Virus record (IMG/VR): IMGVR_UViG_2974592485_000001
Span: 32,001-96,000 of that record
Strand: one strand, 5' to 3'
DNA length: 64,000 nucleotides
From: a virus
Lineage: Duplodnaviria > Caudoviricetes
Shown here: piece after piece, positions 34,489-45,060 of the stretch
Numbering within the stretch: position 1 is the first letter of the stretch
Layout: each line of letters begins with the position of its first letter
Position numbers and translations under genes: made by a program
Notes under the pieces: model-generated
Databases searched by the model: none
What the model was told of the DNA's origin: nothing
What the model saw: the letters and a program-made list of their open reading frames with translations, nothing else

Positions 34489-35238
34489 TTGAAGATTGAA
34501 ATACCCTCTCATTGCCCTTCTTGTGGAGAACCCCTAGAACTGGTTAACTCCCAACTATTTTGTAGGAATAAGGCGGAATGTCCAGCCCAATCTTCTAAAT
34601 TACTAGAGCAATTTTGTAGCAAGCTTAAACTTAAGGGGTTTGGCCCCAAGACTTTAGAGAAGCTAGAGATATCCTCTATCCCTGAGTTATGGAACCTTTC
34701 TAAAAAGGATTTAACCAATGCTTTAGGGGATAAAGTAGGAACTAAACTAGCTACAGAGCTTGATACTAAACTAAAATGTCCTTTACTTTTCCAAGATTTA
34801 TTAGGGGCGTTAGGAATACCTTCGTTAGGGGAAGTAGCTGCTAGAAAACTGGCAGAAAAATACAACTCTTTTAAAGGTATACAGGCAGAAGGTAAATTAG
34901 GAGAACATCTTAATAACTGGTTAGATAGTACCGTAGGCAAGGACGTAATTGCTCTTCCTTGGAAGTTTATATCTAAAAAGGATAAAAGGCTTCCGCAACC
35001 TCTAGGAGTAGAGGTTTGTATTACAGGGGTACTCTCAGCTTTCTCTAATCGAGCAAAAGCTATAGAGTATCTAACAGGCTTAGGTTTTACAGTAAAAGCC
35101 TCAGTTTCAAAAAGTGTCAAATATCTTATTTGTGAGGATGAGAATCGAGTCAATTCCTCTTCGTATCAGAAAGCAAAACAGAATGGGATCGAAATCCTGT
35201 CAATTAAACAACTTTTGGAGAAAACATGTCTAAATTAG
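34489..35238 (+). CDS. ligB: NAD-dependent DNA ligase, subunit B (Zn finger, HhH, BRCT)
   Basis: CPSC...C....C, HhH motifs, BRCT (VCITG, SVSKSVKYL); TTG start with AAGGA RBS; split ligase as in T5. Confidence 0.88.
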   Translation: MKIEIPSHCPSCGEPLELVNSQLFCRNKAECPAQSSKLLEQFCSKLKLKGFGPKTLEKLEISSIPELWNLSKKDLTNALGDKVGTKLATELDTKLKCPLLFQDLLGALGIPSLGEVAARKLAEKYNSFKGIQAEGKLGEHLNNWLDSTVGKDVIALPWKFISKKDKRLPQPLGVEVCITGVLSAFSNRAKAIEYLTGLGFTVKASVSKSVKYLICEDENRVNSSSYQKAKQNGIEILSIKQLLEKTCLN

Positions 35239-35984
35239 TATGGAATGAAGAAAACACTAACGCCCTTGAAGCAAAAGCAAAAGCACTGTCCGCAGATGTT
35301 GTAAGTCAAGAACACGTAGCAACGATTGCTGCTGAACTGTCCGAAGAAACTGGTAAAGACGTATCCACTCGCTCTATCGGTTCTAAGCTGCGTAAGCTGG
35401 GGTACTCTGTACAAAAAGCTAATGAAGCGGTTAAGTCTGCTTGGAGTGACGAGCAAGAAGCTGAACTGGTTGCTTTCCTGACCAACTATGCAGGTGCGTA
35501 TACTTATGCAGAAGTTGCTGCTGCTGTAGCAGGTGGTACATTTACTGCTAAACAAGTTCAGGGTAAGATCCTTAGTCTGGAACTTCATGGCTCAGTTAAA
35601 CCTACGGAACGTACTGCACCCGCTCGTACTTTCAGTGTAGATGAAGAAGCTAAGTTCATTAGTCTTGCAGCTCAAGGTAAGTCTATTGAAGAAATCGCAG
35701 TAGCTTTCGATAAGACTGTTAAGCAGACTCGTGGTAAGGCACTCTCACTGCTACGTGAAGGCCGTATTCAAGCTATCCCTTCTCAATCTGAATCCGCCGC
35801 AAAAGCGCGTGAAGATGTTCTGGAAGGTCTGGATATCGAATCTATGATCGTTTCAGAAATCGCGGAAGCGACTGGCAAGTCTGAACGTGGTGTAAAATCT
35901 ATGCTGTCACGCCGTGGCCTTGTTGCCAAGGACTACGATGGTGCTGCAAAGCGTCAGAAGCTGGACGACAAAGCTGCTAAGTAA
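35226..35984 (+). CDS. D5: T5 D5-like DNA-binding regulator
   Basis: Repeated Myb/HTH-like units; synteny. Confidence 0.85.
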   Translation: MSKLVWNEENTNALEAKAKALSADVVSQEHVATIAAELSEETGKDVSTRSIGSKLRKLGYSVQKANEAVKSAWSDEQEAELVAFLTNYAGAYTYAEVAAAVAGGTFTAKQVQGKILSLELHGSVKPTERTAPARTFSVDEEAKFISLAAQGKSIEEIAVAFDKTVKQTRGKALSLLREGRIQAIPSQSESAAKAREDVLEGLDIESMIVSEIAEATGKSERGVKSMLSRRGLVAKDYDGAAKRQKLDDKAAK

Positions 35985-36003
35985 TTAGCGCATTTTCAAC
36001 CTT

Positions 36004-36043
36004 AGGGGATGGGGCATTTGTCCCATCCCCTTTTCTTTTATTT
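36004..36043 (+). terminator. intrinsic terminator
   Basis: AGGGGATGGG/CCCATCCCCT followed by a T tract. Confidence 0.85.
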
Positions 36044-36072
36044 AACGGCGGTAATCGCATAAGAGATTAGGT

Positions 36073-37524
36073 ATGATAAACGTCCAGTCTGTAGTGCTGA
36101 AAATGCTTCTAACTACTACACATAAAGATTTAGCATTAGAGACTTTTTCCAAATTACGAAAAGATCACTTTAACGATGCCTTCTCCGCTATATATCAATC
36201 CATACAGAACTATTACAATAAACACAAAGAAATGCCCACCCTTGATGCATTAGTATTAGACTCTAGTAGAAATGCAAGACTATCGCAATCATTAACAGTT
36301 CTTAAAAGTACTGAGATACCTGATGTAGAACTAGCTCATGCTATAGAGGTGTTGCAGACGGAATATACTCAGGAAACTTTTCTTAAACTGTTAGAAACTG
36401 ATGTGCTAAATGATATAGCCTACTTAGACCAAGGGGAAATATTAGATAGGGTAGCCGCGCTACACCTTAAGCTGGAAGAAAAGGTAAACGTAAGTGGAAA
36501 AGTGTTTAATGCTAATGAGATCCGGTTGTTTAGTAAGGAAGAAGACGTACAGCTTAACTTCATAGCTTTAGGAATAAGTAACGAGTTGGATGCCCTATTA
36601 AAAGGACTAGCTAGAGGGGAGACTCTTCTTATAGGTGGTTGGAGAGGCACAGGGAAGTCTATTATATGCTCTAACGCTCAAGTTAACCAGTATAACAATG
36701 GGGATATAGCACCATATTTCACTATAGAGATGAACGAAACTGAAGTATTCAGAAGAAATCTAGCTATTATGTCTGGAGTTTCAGCTCTCGCTATACGTAA
36801 CAACAGCGTTCAAGGTGCAGACCTATTAAAACTGGCCAGAGCTAGAGCAGGTATGTTTCATGGTGGGGGAGATCTATTAGCTCAGTATATACGAAAGTAT
36901 ACTCTTGATAAGATGGGGGACTATTATGACTTAGAAAGCGAGCTAATGAAAAACTATGAGCTCCATACTCCTATGATAATTATTCATGACCCAGAACTAA
37001 GTACTGCTACAATAGACGTAGAGATGAACAAACTAGTCACTAAATATGGCGATAGAGTAACTATGACTATTCTTGACTATATAAACCAGACTAGGCTACC
37101 CAATACATCTATGCTAGATGCGTATGATTGGAAGCAGCAGATGTTAGTAAGCTCTACTTTCAAAGGAATAAATCAGAAGTACAACACAGCAGGCTTAGCG
37201 CCTTTCCAGATAGATAAGGATGGTAAAGCAAGGCTATCCCAAGGTATACTAGACTCATGCGATATGGCAGCTAACCTAAATGCAGCTAAATCTCCTAGCG
37301 GGTTTGGCGGAATCATGTTAAATTTTGTGAAAGCAAGATCATCTGATGCAGGTATTTTTATACCTGAGATTGACTGGACTAGTCTGAAGCTAGATGGAAC
37401 ATCTAATCTATCTTTGGCAGATTTAGAAAAGGCTAACGCAGAATTCGTAATACCAATTGATACGCCAAAGAAGACTAAAAAGTCTTCTGGCAAACAATCC
37501 GGAGAAGAGGCTGCTGATATATGA
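36073..37524 (+). CDS. DnaB-like replicative helicase
   Basis: GGWRGTGKS, FTIEM, ILDYIN, KAR. Confidence 0.9.
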   Translation: MINVQSVVLKMLLTTTHKDLALETFSKLRKDHFNDAFSAIYQSIQNYYNKHKEMPTLDALVLDSSRNARLSQSLTVLKSTEIPDVELAHAIEVLQTEYTQETFLKLLETDVLNDIAYLDQGEILDRVAALHLKLEEKVNVSGKVFNANEIRLFSKEEDVQLNFIALGISNELDALLKGLARGETLLIGGWRGTGKSIICSNAQVNQYNNGDIAPYFTIEMNETEVFRRNLAIMSGVSALAIRNNSVQGADLLKLARARAGMFHGGGDLLAQYIRKYTLDKMGDYYDLESELMKNYELHTPMIIIHDPELSTATIDVEMNKLVTKYGDRVTMTILDYINQTRLPNTSMLDAYDWKQQMLVSSTFKGINQKYNTAGLAPFQIDKDGKARLSQGILDSCDMAANLNAAKSPSGFGGIMLNFVKARSSDAGIFIPEIDWTSLKLDGTSNLSLADLEKANAEFVIPIDTPKKTKKSSGKQSGEEAADI

Positions 37525-38396
37525 GTAGAATAGTAGATCTTTTAAGTCAAAAAGGAATCCCCTTCAAAGATACTGGAGGGGATATAATCATTCAGTGTTT
37601 AAACCCAGAGCATACGGATGCAAACCCTAGTTTACGAGTAGACCCTAGTACGGGAGCTATGCACTGCTTAAGTTGCGGATTTGGTAAAGGTATTCCTAGC
37701 ATATTCCACTACTTTAACGAAAGTATTAATGAGGCGTCTGCCTCACTATTAAGAGTTAGGAAACTGGTTGGAGAGCTATTACGGGGAGTAGAGTATTTAA
37801 GTATACCAGAAGACGCCAATTTATTTAAGGAAGACTACAGGGGAATATCTTCTAGAACACTAGAAAGATACTTCCCTTTTCAGCACGTTGATTGGGTAGA
37901 CAGGTTAGTATTCCCTATAACGGATGCTGTAGGTAGAATTCTCTTCTTCTTAGGTAGACGGCAGAATGGTACTAACTCAGTAAAATATATGGTTAAACCC
38001 AAGGGCGTACCTCCCCCAGTGTTCCCTATGCGACACAACGCACCTGTTTTAGTGCTAACAGAGGGTATATTTGATATGCTTAATCTGGAGGACAAAGGAG
38101 TACATGCACCAGTGTGCTGTTTCGGTACCCACCAATTTACAGCTAGCAACGTATTGGATAAGTTGTCCCCTTTCATTATTTCAGGTACTAAAACGGTATT
38201 CATATTACTAGATAATGATGAATCAGGAATGAAAGCGTCAGAAATACTATTCAGGTTAATACGTGACAAAACTAACTTACGACCAATTATAGCCACAGAT
38301 CTACTTCCTGCAGGAAAAGACCCTGGAGAGTTGACTCAGGAGGAAGTCGATAAACTAGTTATGTATATGGAAATATTACTTGCAGAAGAGGCATAA
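37521..38396 (+). CDS. DNA primase
   Basis: Zn finger (CLNPEH...CLSC), TOPRIM EGIFD and LDND. Confidence 0.93.
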   Translation: MSRIVDLLSQKGIPFKDTGGDIIIQCLNPEHTDANPSLRVDPSTGAMHCLSCGFGKGIPSIFHYFNESINEASASLLRVRKLVGELLRGVEYLSIPEDANLFKEDYRGISSRTLERYFPFQHVDWVDRLVFPITDAVGRILFFLGRRQNGTNSVKYMVKPKGVPPPVFPMRHNAPVLVLTEGIFDMLNLEDKGVHAPVCCFGTHQFTASNVLDKLSPFIISGTKTVFILLDNDESGMKASEILFRLIRDKTNLRPIIATDLLPAGKDPGELTQEEVDKLVMYMEILLAEEA

Positions 38397-38408
38397 TTAT
38401 TATATAAT
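38380..38408 (+). promoter_or_regulatory. sigma70 promoter for pol
   Basis: TTGCAG-17-TATAAT. Confidence 0.7.
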
Positions 38409-38460
38409 AGTTGTGAAAAGTAAGAAAAGCCCTGATAGGCACATCTTAGAGGAGAACTAG

Positions 38461-41022
38461 ATGCAGATAGCAATTGTAGATAAATCACTTAATAATACTA
38501 AGTATCAGAAGCACTATAAGTTACAAGAGCACGATGTTGATGTATTCCACATGTGTAACGAAAAGCTGACAGGCAGGCTTCTTAAGAAGCATATAACTAT
38601 TGGTACTGAAGAAAACCCTTTCAATCCTTTTGACTATGATGCTGTCATACTTATTGGTGCAGAACCTTTTCTGTATTTTACAGGTAAAAAAGGTATTGCA
38701 GACTATTCGGGTAAACGAGTAGAACATAATGGGTATACTAAATTTATAGCAAGTATAAGCCCAGCTCAGTTGCATTTTAAACCAGAAATGCAGCCTATCT
38801 TTGATGCTACTGTTGAAGAAATACATCTTATCCTAGAAGGAAAGGAAAAGGTAGCAAAACCTGGGGACTACAAACCTATAACCTCAGAAGAGGAAGCCCT
38901 AGAATACATCAAAATGGTGTACACGATGATTCGTGGGCCAGTATCATTTGACTCCGAATCATCTGCACTTTACGCTAGAGATGGGTATATGCTGGGACTC
39001 TCTATGAGCCACCAAGAATACCAAGGTGTATACATAGACTCCGAAGTACTCAATGAAGAGTGTGTAGTATATCTACAAAAAATACTAGACAGTGAAGAAC
39101 ATACTATAGTATTCCACAACCTTAAGTTTGATATGCATTTTTATTCATATCATTTAGGTTTGAACTTTGAAAAAGCACATGCCGATCGTAGATTACATGA
39201 CACCATGCTTCAACATTATGTATTAGACGAGCGCAGAGGTACTCATGGTTTGAAAGCCCTAGCCATGAAGTATACTGATATGGGAAACTATGACGAGGAA
39301 TTAGATTTATTTAAAGATCAGTACTGTAAAACCCATAAAATGAAGAAAGAGGATTTTACATATGATCTAATACCCTTCGAAATAATGTGGCCGTATGCTG
39401 CTAAAGATACTGATGCAACTATTCGCTTGCATAACTTTTTCTTACCTAAGATAGAGGCTAATGATAGGTTAGCTAGTTTGTACTATGACGTTTTGATTCC
39501 CGGATGTGTGTTCCTCCAAAGAGTTGAGGACAGAGGAGTACCGGTTAGCAAGGCTAGGCTTAAAGCTGCCTTGAGCTATCTAACGGAAAAACTAGCTTCC
39601 AAGACAAAAGAGTTGTACACCTTCGAAGAAGTTATAGCCCTTGAAAAAGACCAAGCGTCACCTTTCAATTCTAACTCTGTACCTCAGCTTAGGAAGTTAC
39701 TATTCGACTACATAGGTTTAGAACCTACTGGTAAATTAACAGATACAGGTGCGGATAGTACTGATGCAGATGTGTTAATGGAGCTGTCAAGTCAACACCC
39801 TATTGCAGGTGTTTTACTAGAGATGCGGAAAACCACAAAACTCCTGTCAACTTACGTTAACAAGATGCTGCTTAATATAGACGCAGATGGCTGCATACGA
39901 ACAGGATTTCATGAGCACATGACTACATCTGGTAGATTAAGCTCTTCTGGTAAGTTAAACTTACAACAGCTACCTAGGGATGAGTCTATAATTAAAGGGT
40001 GTATTGTAGCTCCAGAAGGCTATCGTGTAATTTCTTGGGACTTAACCACAGCGGAAGTCTACTATGCAGCTGTGCTATCAGGAGACCGTGAGTTACAACA
40101 AGTCTTTATCAATATGCAAAATGATCCTGCAAACTACTCAGACTTCCACGGTAGTATTGCACACCTAGTATTCGGATTAACCTGTAAGCCTACAGAAGTT
40201 AAAAAGCTATTCCCTGCACTACGTCAAGCAGCTAAAGCAATTTCCTTTGGTATCTTATATGGTTCTGGTAAAGCTAAGGTTGCTGCTTCTGTAAATGAAG
40301 CACTGCTAGAACAGTCGGTTAAAACTGGGGAACGTTACGTCGAGTGTACTCCTGCTGATGCTCAAGGATACATCGATACATATTTTGATAAGTTCCCAAG
40401 ATTGAAAAAGTGGATTGCACAGTCTCACGACCAGATTAAGAACTATGGGTTTATCTATAGCCACTTTGGGCGTAAGCGTAGACTACACAATATTAATTCT
40501 GAGGATCGTGGAGTACAGGGGGAAGAGATTCGTAGTGGGTTTAACGCTATCATTCAGTCCGCCTCATCAGACTCTTTACTCCTAGGGGCTATAGACGCGG
40601 ATAATGAAATTATCTCCATGGGTCTGGAAAACGAAATGAAGATAGTTATGCTAGTACATGACTCCGTAGTAGCTATTGTTCGGGAAGACTTAGTAGATCA
40701 GTATAATGAGATTCTGCTTAGAAATATTCAGAAAGACAGAGGAATTAGTATTCCTGGTTGTCCTATTGGAGTAGAGTCTGACTCAGAGAAGGGGGGTTCT
40801 AGAGACTATTCTTGTGGTAAGATCAAGGTTCAACACCCTGAAATAGCTGTGCTAGAAGACCCTGAGTTTACACAATACGTATCCGAATTGATTAACGATC
40901 CTGCATTTAGTGAGCTAGTACATGTTGCTAAAACAGTGGATCATCCCGAACATAAGGATATGACTAAACTTGATAAGGCAATATGTCTTAGAGATTGGTC
41001 AGAAACCGCGTTAGCAGCATGA
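38461..41022 (+). CDS. pol: family A DNA polymerase with 3'-5' exonuclease
   Basis: FDSE, HNLKFD, YAAKD; TSGRLSS, DLTTAE, RQAAKAISFGILYG, VHDS. Confidence 0.96.
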   Translation: MQIAIVDKSLNNTKYQKHYKLQEHDVDVFHMCNEKLTGRLLKKHITIGTEENPFNPFDYDAVILIGAEPFLYFTGKKGIADYSGKRVEHNGYTKFIASISPAQLHFKPEMQPIFDATVEEIHLILEGKEKVAKPGDYKPITSEEEALEYIKMVYTMIRGPVSFDSESSALYARDGYMLGLSMSHQEYQGVYIDSEVLNEECVVYLQKILDSEEHTIVFHNLKFDMHFYSYHLGLNFEKAHADRRLHDTMLQHYVLDERRGTHGLKALAMKYTDMGNYDEELDLFKDQYCKTHKMKKEDFTYDLIPFEIMWPYAAKDTDATIRLHNFFLPKIEANDRLASLYYDVLIPGCVFLQRVEDRGVPVSKARLKAALSYLTEKLASKTKELYTFEEVIALEKDQASPFNSNSVPQLRKLLFDYIGLEPTGKLTDTGADSTDADVLMELSSQHPIAGVLLEMRKTTKLLSTYVNKMLLNIDADGCIRTGFHEHMTTSGRLSSSGKLNLQQLPRDESIIKGCIVAPEGYRVISWDLTTAEVYYAAVLSGDRELQQVFINMQNDPANYSDFHGSIAHLVFGLTCKPTEVKKLFPALRQAAKAISFGILYGSGKAKVAASVNEALLEQSVKTGERYVECTPADAQGYIDTYFDKFPRLKKWIAQSHDQIKNYGFIYSHFGRKRRLHNINSEDRGVQGEEIRSGFNAIIQSASSDSLLLGAIDADNEIISMGLENEMKIVMLVHDSVVAIVREDLVDQYNEILLRNIQKDRGISIPGCPIGVESDSEKGGSRDYSCGKIKVQHPEIAVLEDPEFTQYVSELINDPAFSELVHVAKTVDHPEHKDMTKLDKAICLRDWSETALAA

Positions 41023-41513
41023 TACAGTTACCCGTATATGCAATAAGATCCTATGAGGAAATAGTTAAAGAAGGGGACTATGTTATTATAGTCTCCAAAT
41101 TTAACAAGTATATTTTAGATAAACCTAAATTAGGGGGCTCTTTTAGACAGAGAAGACTAGAGTTAGCTATAACTCCTACGTCTGAATTACCTTATAAGCT
41201 GTACCCTTTAAAACGAATGCTTACTAAGCTGTCGCAGTTAGTAAAGAGCAAATCTAAGGTATTCGTGAACTCAGATGGTCGAATTCTAAAGCGTAAAAAG
41301 GAGAAGATGTATCCTATAGAGGTCAGAAAGATAGTTTCAGGAAGCAGACTGTTTAATGGAAAGTTCCAATGCTTTGCTAAAGGTATAAACTCCCCCTTTA
41401 TATTGGATCACATACCTAAGTATGTTTCAGTTATTAAATTCAATAATAGCTATTTAATATACGAGGTGCACGAGGAGATTCCAGAAGCTCCTAGAGTAAG
41501 AGTTAAGATATGA
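41019..41513 (+). CDS. T5-like hypothetical protein
   Basis: ATGA coupling to pol. Confidence 0.8.
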   Translation: MIQLPVYAIRSYEEIVKEGDYVIIVSKFNKYILDKPKLGGSFRQRRLELAITPTSELPYKLYPLKRMLTKLSQLVKSKSKVFVNSDGRILKRKKEKMYPIEVRKIVSGSRLFNGKFQCFAKGINSPFILDHIPKYVSVIKFNNSYLIYEVHEEIPEAPRVRVKI

Positions 41514-42865
41514 AAGTCATATTGTCAAACAAGGCGTATATAAAACCCACTGAAGAGTTATGGGAGTTTTGTAGTACTCAAACAACCTATCAGGTACAGG
41601 ATAAAACCTCTAGGTACCCTAAAATATTCCGAAATAGTGGAAGTATTGGTAAGGAGGTAAAATGGATACCTATAACTAGGCTAGATCTTTTAGAGGCTAA
41701 AAAAGTACCTATCCAGATTATAGATAAGCGGGTAAGAGTACCTGCTAGAATACCTGTACCTAAAGTACCCTTACGTCTAGATCAGAAGGAGATTTACAGT
41801 CAATGTACTGATACTTGCATAATAAATGGTAAGCCAGGATTCGGAAAAACTATTCTAGCTCTATGGATAGCACATAAATTGGGGCAAAAAACACTTGTGG
41901 TGTGTACCAATACTATGATACGCGCTCAGTGGGAAAAAGAGGTCTTCAAACTATTTGGATTCAAGGCAGGAGTTATAGGATCTGGAAAATTTGATACTGC
42001 CCCTCCTATTGTTGTAGGTAACATACAAAGTATTAAGAAGTACTCTTTAGAGCTGTCCAAAATGTTTGGATTGGTAATTGTTGATGAGGTGCACCACTGT
42101 GTAGCTTCTACATTTACAGAGGTACTGGAAAGCAGTCATGCTAGGTATAGAATAGGCCTATCAGGTACTTTGAAGAGGAAGGACGGTCTAGACGTAATGT
42201 TCAAAGATTTCTTTGGATTTACTATCTACTCTCCAGCAGTAGCTAATACTTTAACACCTATTATACATAGGTACCAAGTACCCATAGAGATATCCGGAAA
42301 TATGATAGTACCTTGGGCAGATAGGGCTAGTGCTGTATATTTTCATCCTTTGTACAAGAGAACTTTAGTGTCTTTGGCTTTACTATATTACAAGTTAGGA
42401 CATAGAGTCCTGTTAGTATCAGATAGAACTAAGCTTTTAGCAGAAATCAGACAGGAGCTAGAAAGCGCAGGAGTTATACCCTACTTTATTGTGGGCTCTA
42501 CAGACTTAGACAGTAGAGATAATATTCTAGAGGCAGTAGCAGAGGAAGAAAGTGCAATATTACTGGCTTCCCAGTCTATATTTGCTGAAGGAGTTTCATT
42601 AAATGAATTATCCTGTGCTATCCTAGCCAGCCTTATTAATAACGAGTCCCTAGTGGAACAGTTAGTTGGTAGAGTCCAGAGAATGGTGCGTGATAAGCCT
42701 AAGCTAGACCCAGTAGTAGTTGATTTAATGATGTCTGGAGGAGTAGGTTTCAATCAGGCATCAGGTAGGATGTCAGTGTACCATGCTAATGGTTGGGACG
42801 TTAAGTATATTTCTAATGAGGATGCTCTAGAAATGACTAAAATTGCATTTGGCAACAGTCAATAA
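41510..42865 (+). CDS. D10: D10 SF2 helicase
   Basis: GKPGFGKT, DEVH, LSGT, QLVGRVQR. Confidence 0.9.
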   Translation: MKVILSNKAYIKPTEELWEFCSTQTTYQVQDKTSRYPKIFRNSGSIGKEVKWIPITRLDLLEAKKVPIQIIDKRVRVPARIPVPKVPLRLDQKEIYSQCTDTCIINGKPGFGKTILALWIAHKLGQKTLVVCTNTMIRAQWEKEVFKLFGFKAGVIGSGKFDTAPPIVVGNIQSIKKYSLELSKMFGLVIVDEVHHCVASTFTEVLESSHARYRIGLSGTLKRKDGLDVMFKDFFGFTIYSPAVANTLTPIIHRYQVPIEISGNMIVPWADRASAVYFHPLYKRTLVSLALLYYKLGHRVLLVSDRTKLLAEIRQELESAGVIPYFIVGSTDLDSRDNILEAVAEEESAILLASQSIFAEGVSLNELSCAILASLINNESLVEQLVGRVQRMVRDKPKLDPVVVDLMMSGGVGFNQASGRMSVYHANGWDVKYISNEDALEMTKIAFGNSQ

Positions 42866-42902
42866 TTGTTATATAATATTTACATTGATTAGCGAGGAAG
42901 AG

Positions 42903-43265
42903 ATGTTATTTTTCAATTATGAAAAGATATATATCCTGTCAAAAGGCAACCCTCAGTTAATCGTTCAGTGTCTATCTAATCTTGTGTCTAATCCTGAGGC
43001 TAATGAACTGTTAGTGGGTAACTCATTCATTGTTAATGAGAACGTGATTATCAATAACCCTTACAATCTTTCAGCTTTAGAACTATCTGAATACCTAGGG
43101 ATCTTATCTTTTAGGAATTATAGTGATTATCATACTCAGAAAATCACAAGCTTGGATATACAGTCAGTTCCATTGTGGATACCTAAACTGGTTATTACAA
43201 CCAATAAATTAATCGAAATTAATCGAGATAAATTAATCTTTATAGAGGAAAATATATATGGCTAA
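42903..43265 (+). CDS. T5-like hypothetical protein
   Basis: Start moved to MLFFNY (GAGGA RBS); TTGGCA-17-TATAAT at 42849-42877. Confidence 0.75.
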   Translation: MLFFNYEKIYILSKGNPQLIVQCLSNLVSNPEANELLVGNSFIVNENVIINNPYNLSALELSEYLGILSFRNYSDYHTQKITSLDIQSVPLWIPKLVITTNKLIEINRDKLIFIEENIYG

Positions 43266-44019
43266 GTCATGGGGCGATACTACTGGTGGTTCTAACGATA
43301 AAGTAGACTTTCTGAAATTTAACAACGGCGTAACCAAAGTCCGTGTTGTATCCGGAGTACTACCACGTTATGTTTACTGGATTCCCAACAAAGACGGTAA
43401 AGTAGCACCTTTTGAATGCCTGCGCTTTAACCGTACCAAAGAGTCTTTTGTTCGCGGCAAGGCTGATCCCGTACACGATATGGGTTTCTACGAAAAAGAG
43501 CTGGATAAGAAGACCAATGAAAAGGTTCTTCTGAAACCTAAAAAGAACTACATTGCCTTTGTTATTGACCGTTCTGATAACAAATTAAAAGTAATGGAAG
43601 TTAAGGCTACCATTCTGAAAGGCATCCAGTCTACCATGAAGCAGCTAGACTTGGACAACCCTTACGATATCGATATCGAGATCGAGAAGAAAGGTACAGG
43701 TTTTGACACTGAGTACGAAGTTCGTCAAATTTCAGCAATGAAGTTCCAGACTGCTCTTACTAATCCAAATAGTGTAGAGTCTAAGCGTTATGAACAGGAT
43801 ACTACTGATATCCTTGGTGAAGCACTAACAGACGATGAAGGTGACTTCTTGAAGTTTGAGAAGGTACCGTCTCTGGATGAGCTTTACCCTGTATCTTCTT
43901 ACGAAGAACTTAAAGAGGCTATCGAATCTTGGATTGAAGGTCGTAGCGAAGAGTCCACTGGGAACGCTTCTTCTTCAAGTAAGAAGATCGATTCCGAAGC
44001 TGTTAGTGAGCTAGACTAA
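43258..44019 (+). CDS. D11: D11 (putative ssDNA-binding protein)
   Basis: Acidic tail; synteny with T5. Confidence 0.8.
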   Translation: MAKSWGDTTGGSNDKVDFLKFNNGVTKVRVVSGVLPRYVYWIPNKDGKVAPFECLRFNRTKESFVRGKADPVHDMGFYEKELDKKTNEKVLLKPKKNYIAFVIDRSDNKLKVMEVKATILKGIQSTMKQLDLDNPYDIDIEIEKKGTGFDTEYEVRQISAMKFQTALTNPNSVESKRYEQDTTDILGEALTDDEGDFLKFEKVPSLDELYPVSSYEELKEAIESWIEGRSEESTGNASSSSKKIDSEAVSELD

Positions 44020-44028
44020 CAATATATT

Positions 44029-44059
44029 AAAGGGAGCCTAACAAGCTCCCTTTATTTTT
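44029..44059 (+). terminator. intrinsic terminator
   Basis: AAGGGAGC/GCTCCCTT followed by a T tract. Confidence 0.8.
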
Positions 44060-44070
44060 ATGAGGATTTA

Positions 44071-45060
44071 ATGAGAATTTTATTTACCGCAGATCATCAT
44101 ATTAAGCTCAAGTCTAAGCAAGTACCTAAAGACTGGCAGAAGAATAGGTTTGATATGTTAGCTAACAACTTAGTTGACATATTTGATAGTAACTCCTGTG
44201 ACCTACATATTATAGGAGGAGACCTACTGGACGTGGCGCACCCATCTATGGAAGAGTTAGAACTTATGTTTAGCTTTTTAGCTAAGTTGAAGCACAAAGG
44301 TATTATATATACTGGAAACCATGAGGCACTCAATAAAAATGTGTCTTGTATGTATTACCTTGCGGATGCAATTCAAGAGGTGACCAAAGGCAACTGGACA
44401 GTTATTACAGAACCTTATAGAAGCCCCGAATTTGATATTGTGGACTTTGTAGAGCTACATAAAAAAGAGTGGAAAGACGCACATTCTAACTTATGCTTCA
44501 CACATGTTAGGGGCTGTATTCCTCCCCATGTGGAGCCAGAAATTGATTTGAAAAGGTTTGTAGATGCAGGCTACTCCTTAGTAGTAGCAGGGGACTTACA
44601 CAGTTATCAAAACTCCCAAAGCATTGAAGATATTCCCTTGGTCTACCCCGGGTCACCAATGACTACTTCCTTTCACAGATCTAGGACAACTAATACTAAC
44701 GGTGCACTGTTAATAGACACAGATACTTTAAGTACTGAATGGGTGGACTTATCAGAACTGCCACAGTTAATACGCCTTACTGTTAGCAATAAAGAAGAGA
44801 TGATCAAAACAGATTATGATCATACTATTTATGAAGTCTCTGGGGATGTACTAGACTTAAAAGCTTTAGCTAGGGTAGACTCGGAAATATTCGACAAAAA
44901 GATTAATAACACTGTAACCTCCGAAGCCAAACTTAATCTAGAAGGGTTATCAATAGCTGAGGAAGCAGCCCTATATCTTAGTGAGATTCAGAATCTTGCC
45001 TCAGATAAAATCTCTAGGGTAGTTGGGAGAATACAGAAGTATGTCCAAGGTAGTATTTAA
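44071..45060 (+). CDS. D12: D12 SbcD/Mre11-like nuclease
   Basis: ADHH, GGDLLD, GNHE, GDLH, YPGSP. Confidence 0.92.
   Translation: MRILFTADHHIKLKSKQVPKDWQKNRFDMLANNLVDIFDSNSCDLHIIGGDLLDVAHPSMEELELMFSFLAKLKHKGIIYTGNHEALNKNVSCMYYLADAIQEVTKGNWTVITEPYRSPEFDIVDFVELHKKEWKDAHSNLCFTHVRGCIPPHVEPEIDLKRFVDAGYSLVVAGDLHSYQNSQSIEDIPLVYPGSPMTTSFHRSRTTNTNGALLIDTDTLSTEWVDLSELPQLIRLTVSNKEEMIKTDYDHTIYEVSGDVLDLKALARVDSEIFDKKINNTVTSEAKLNLEGLSIAEEAALYLSEIQNLASDKISRVVGRIQKYVQGSI

Noticed and set aside
33322-35238. Split ligase as a pseudogene or intron-containing gene
   Set aside because: A two-gene NAD ligase is the normal state in T5-like phages, and each half has its own RBS.
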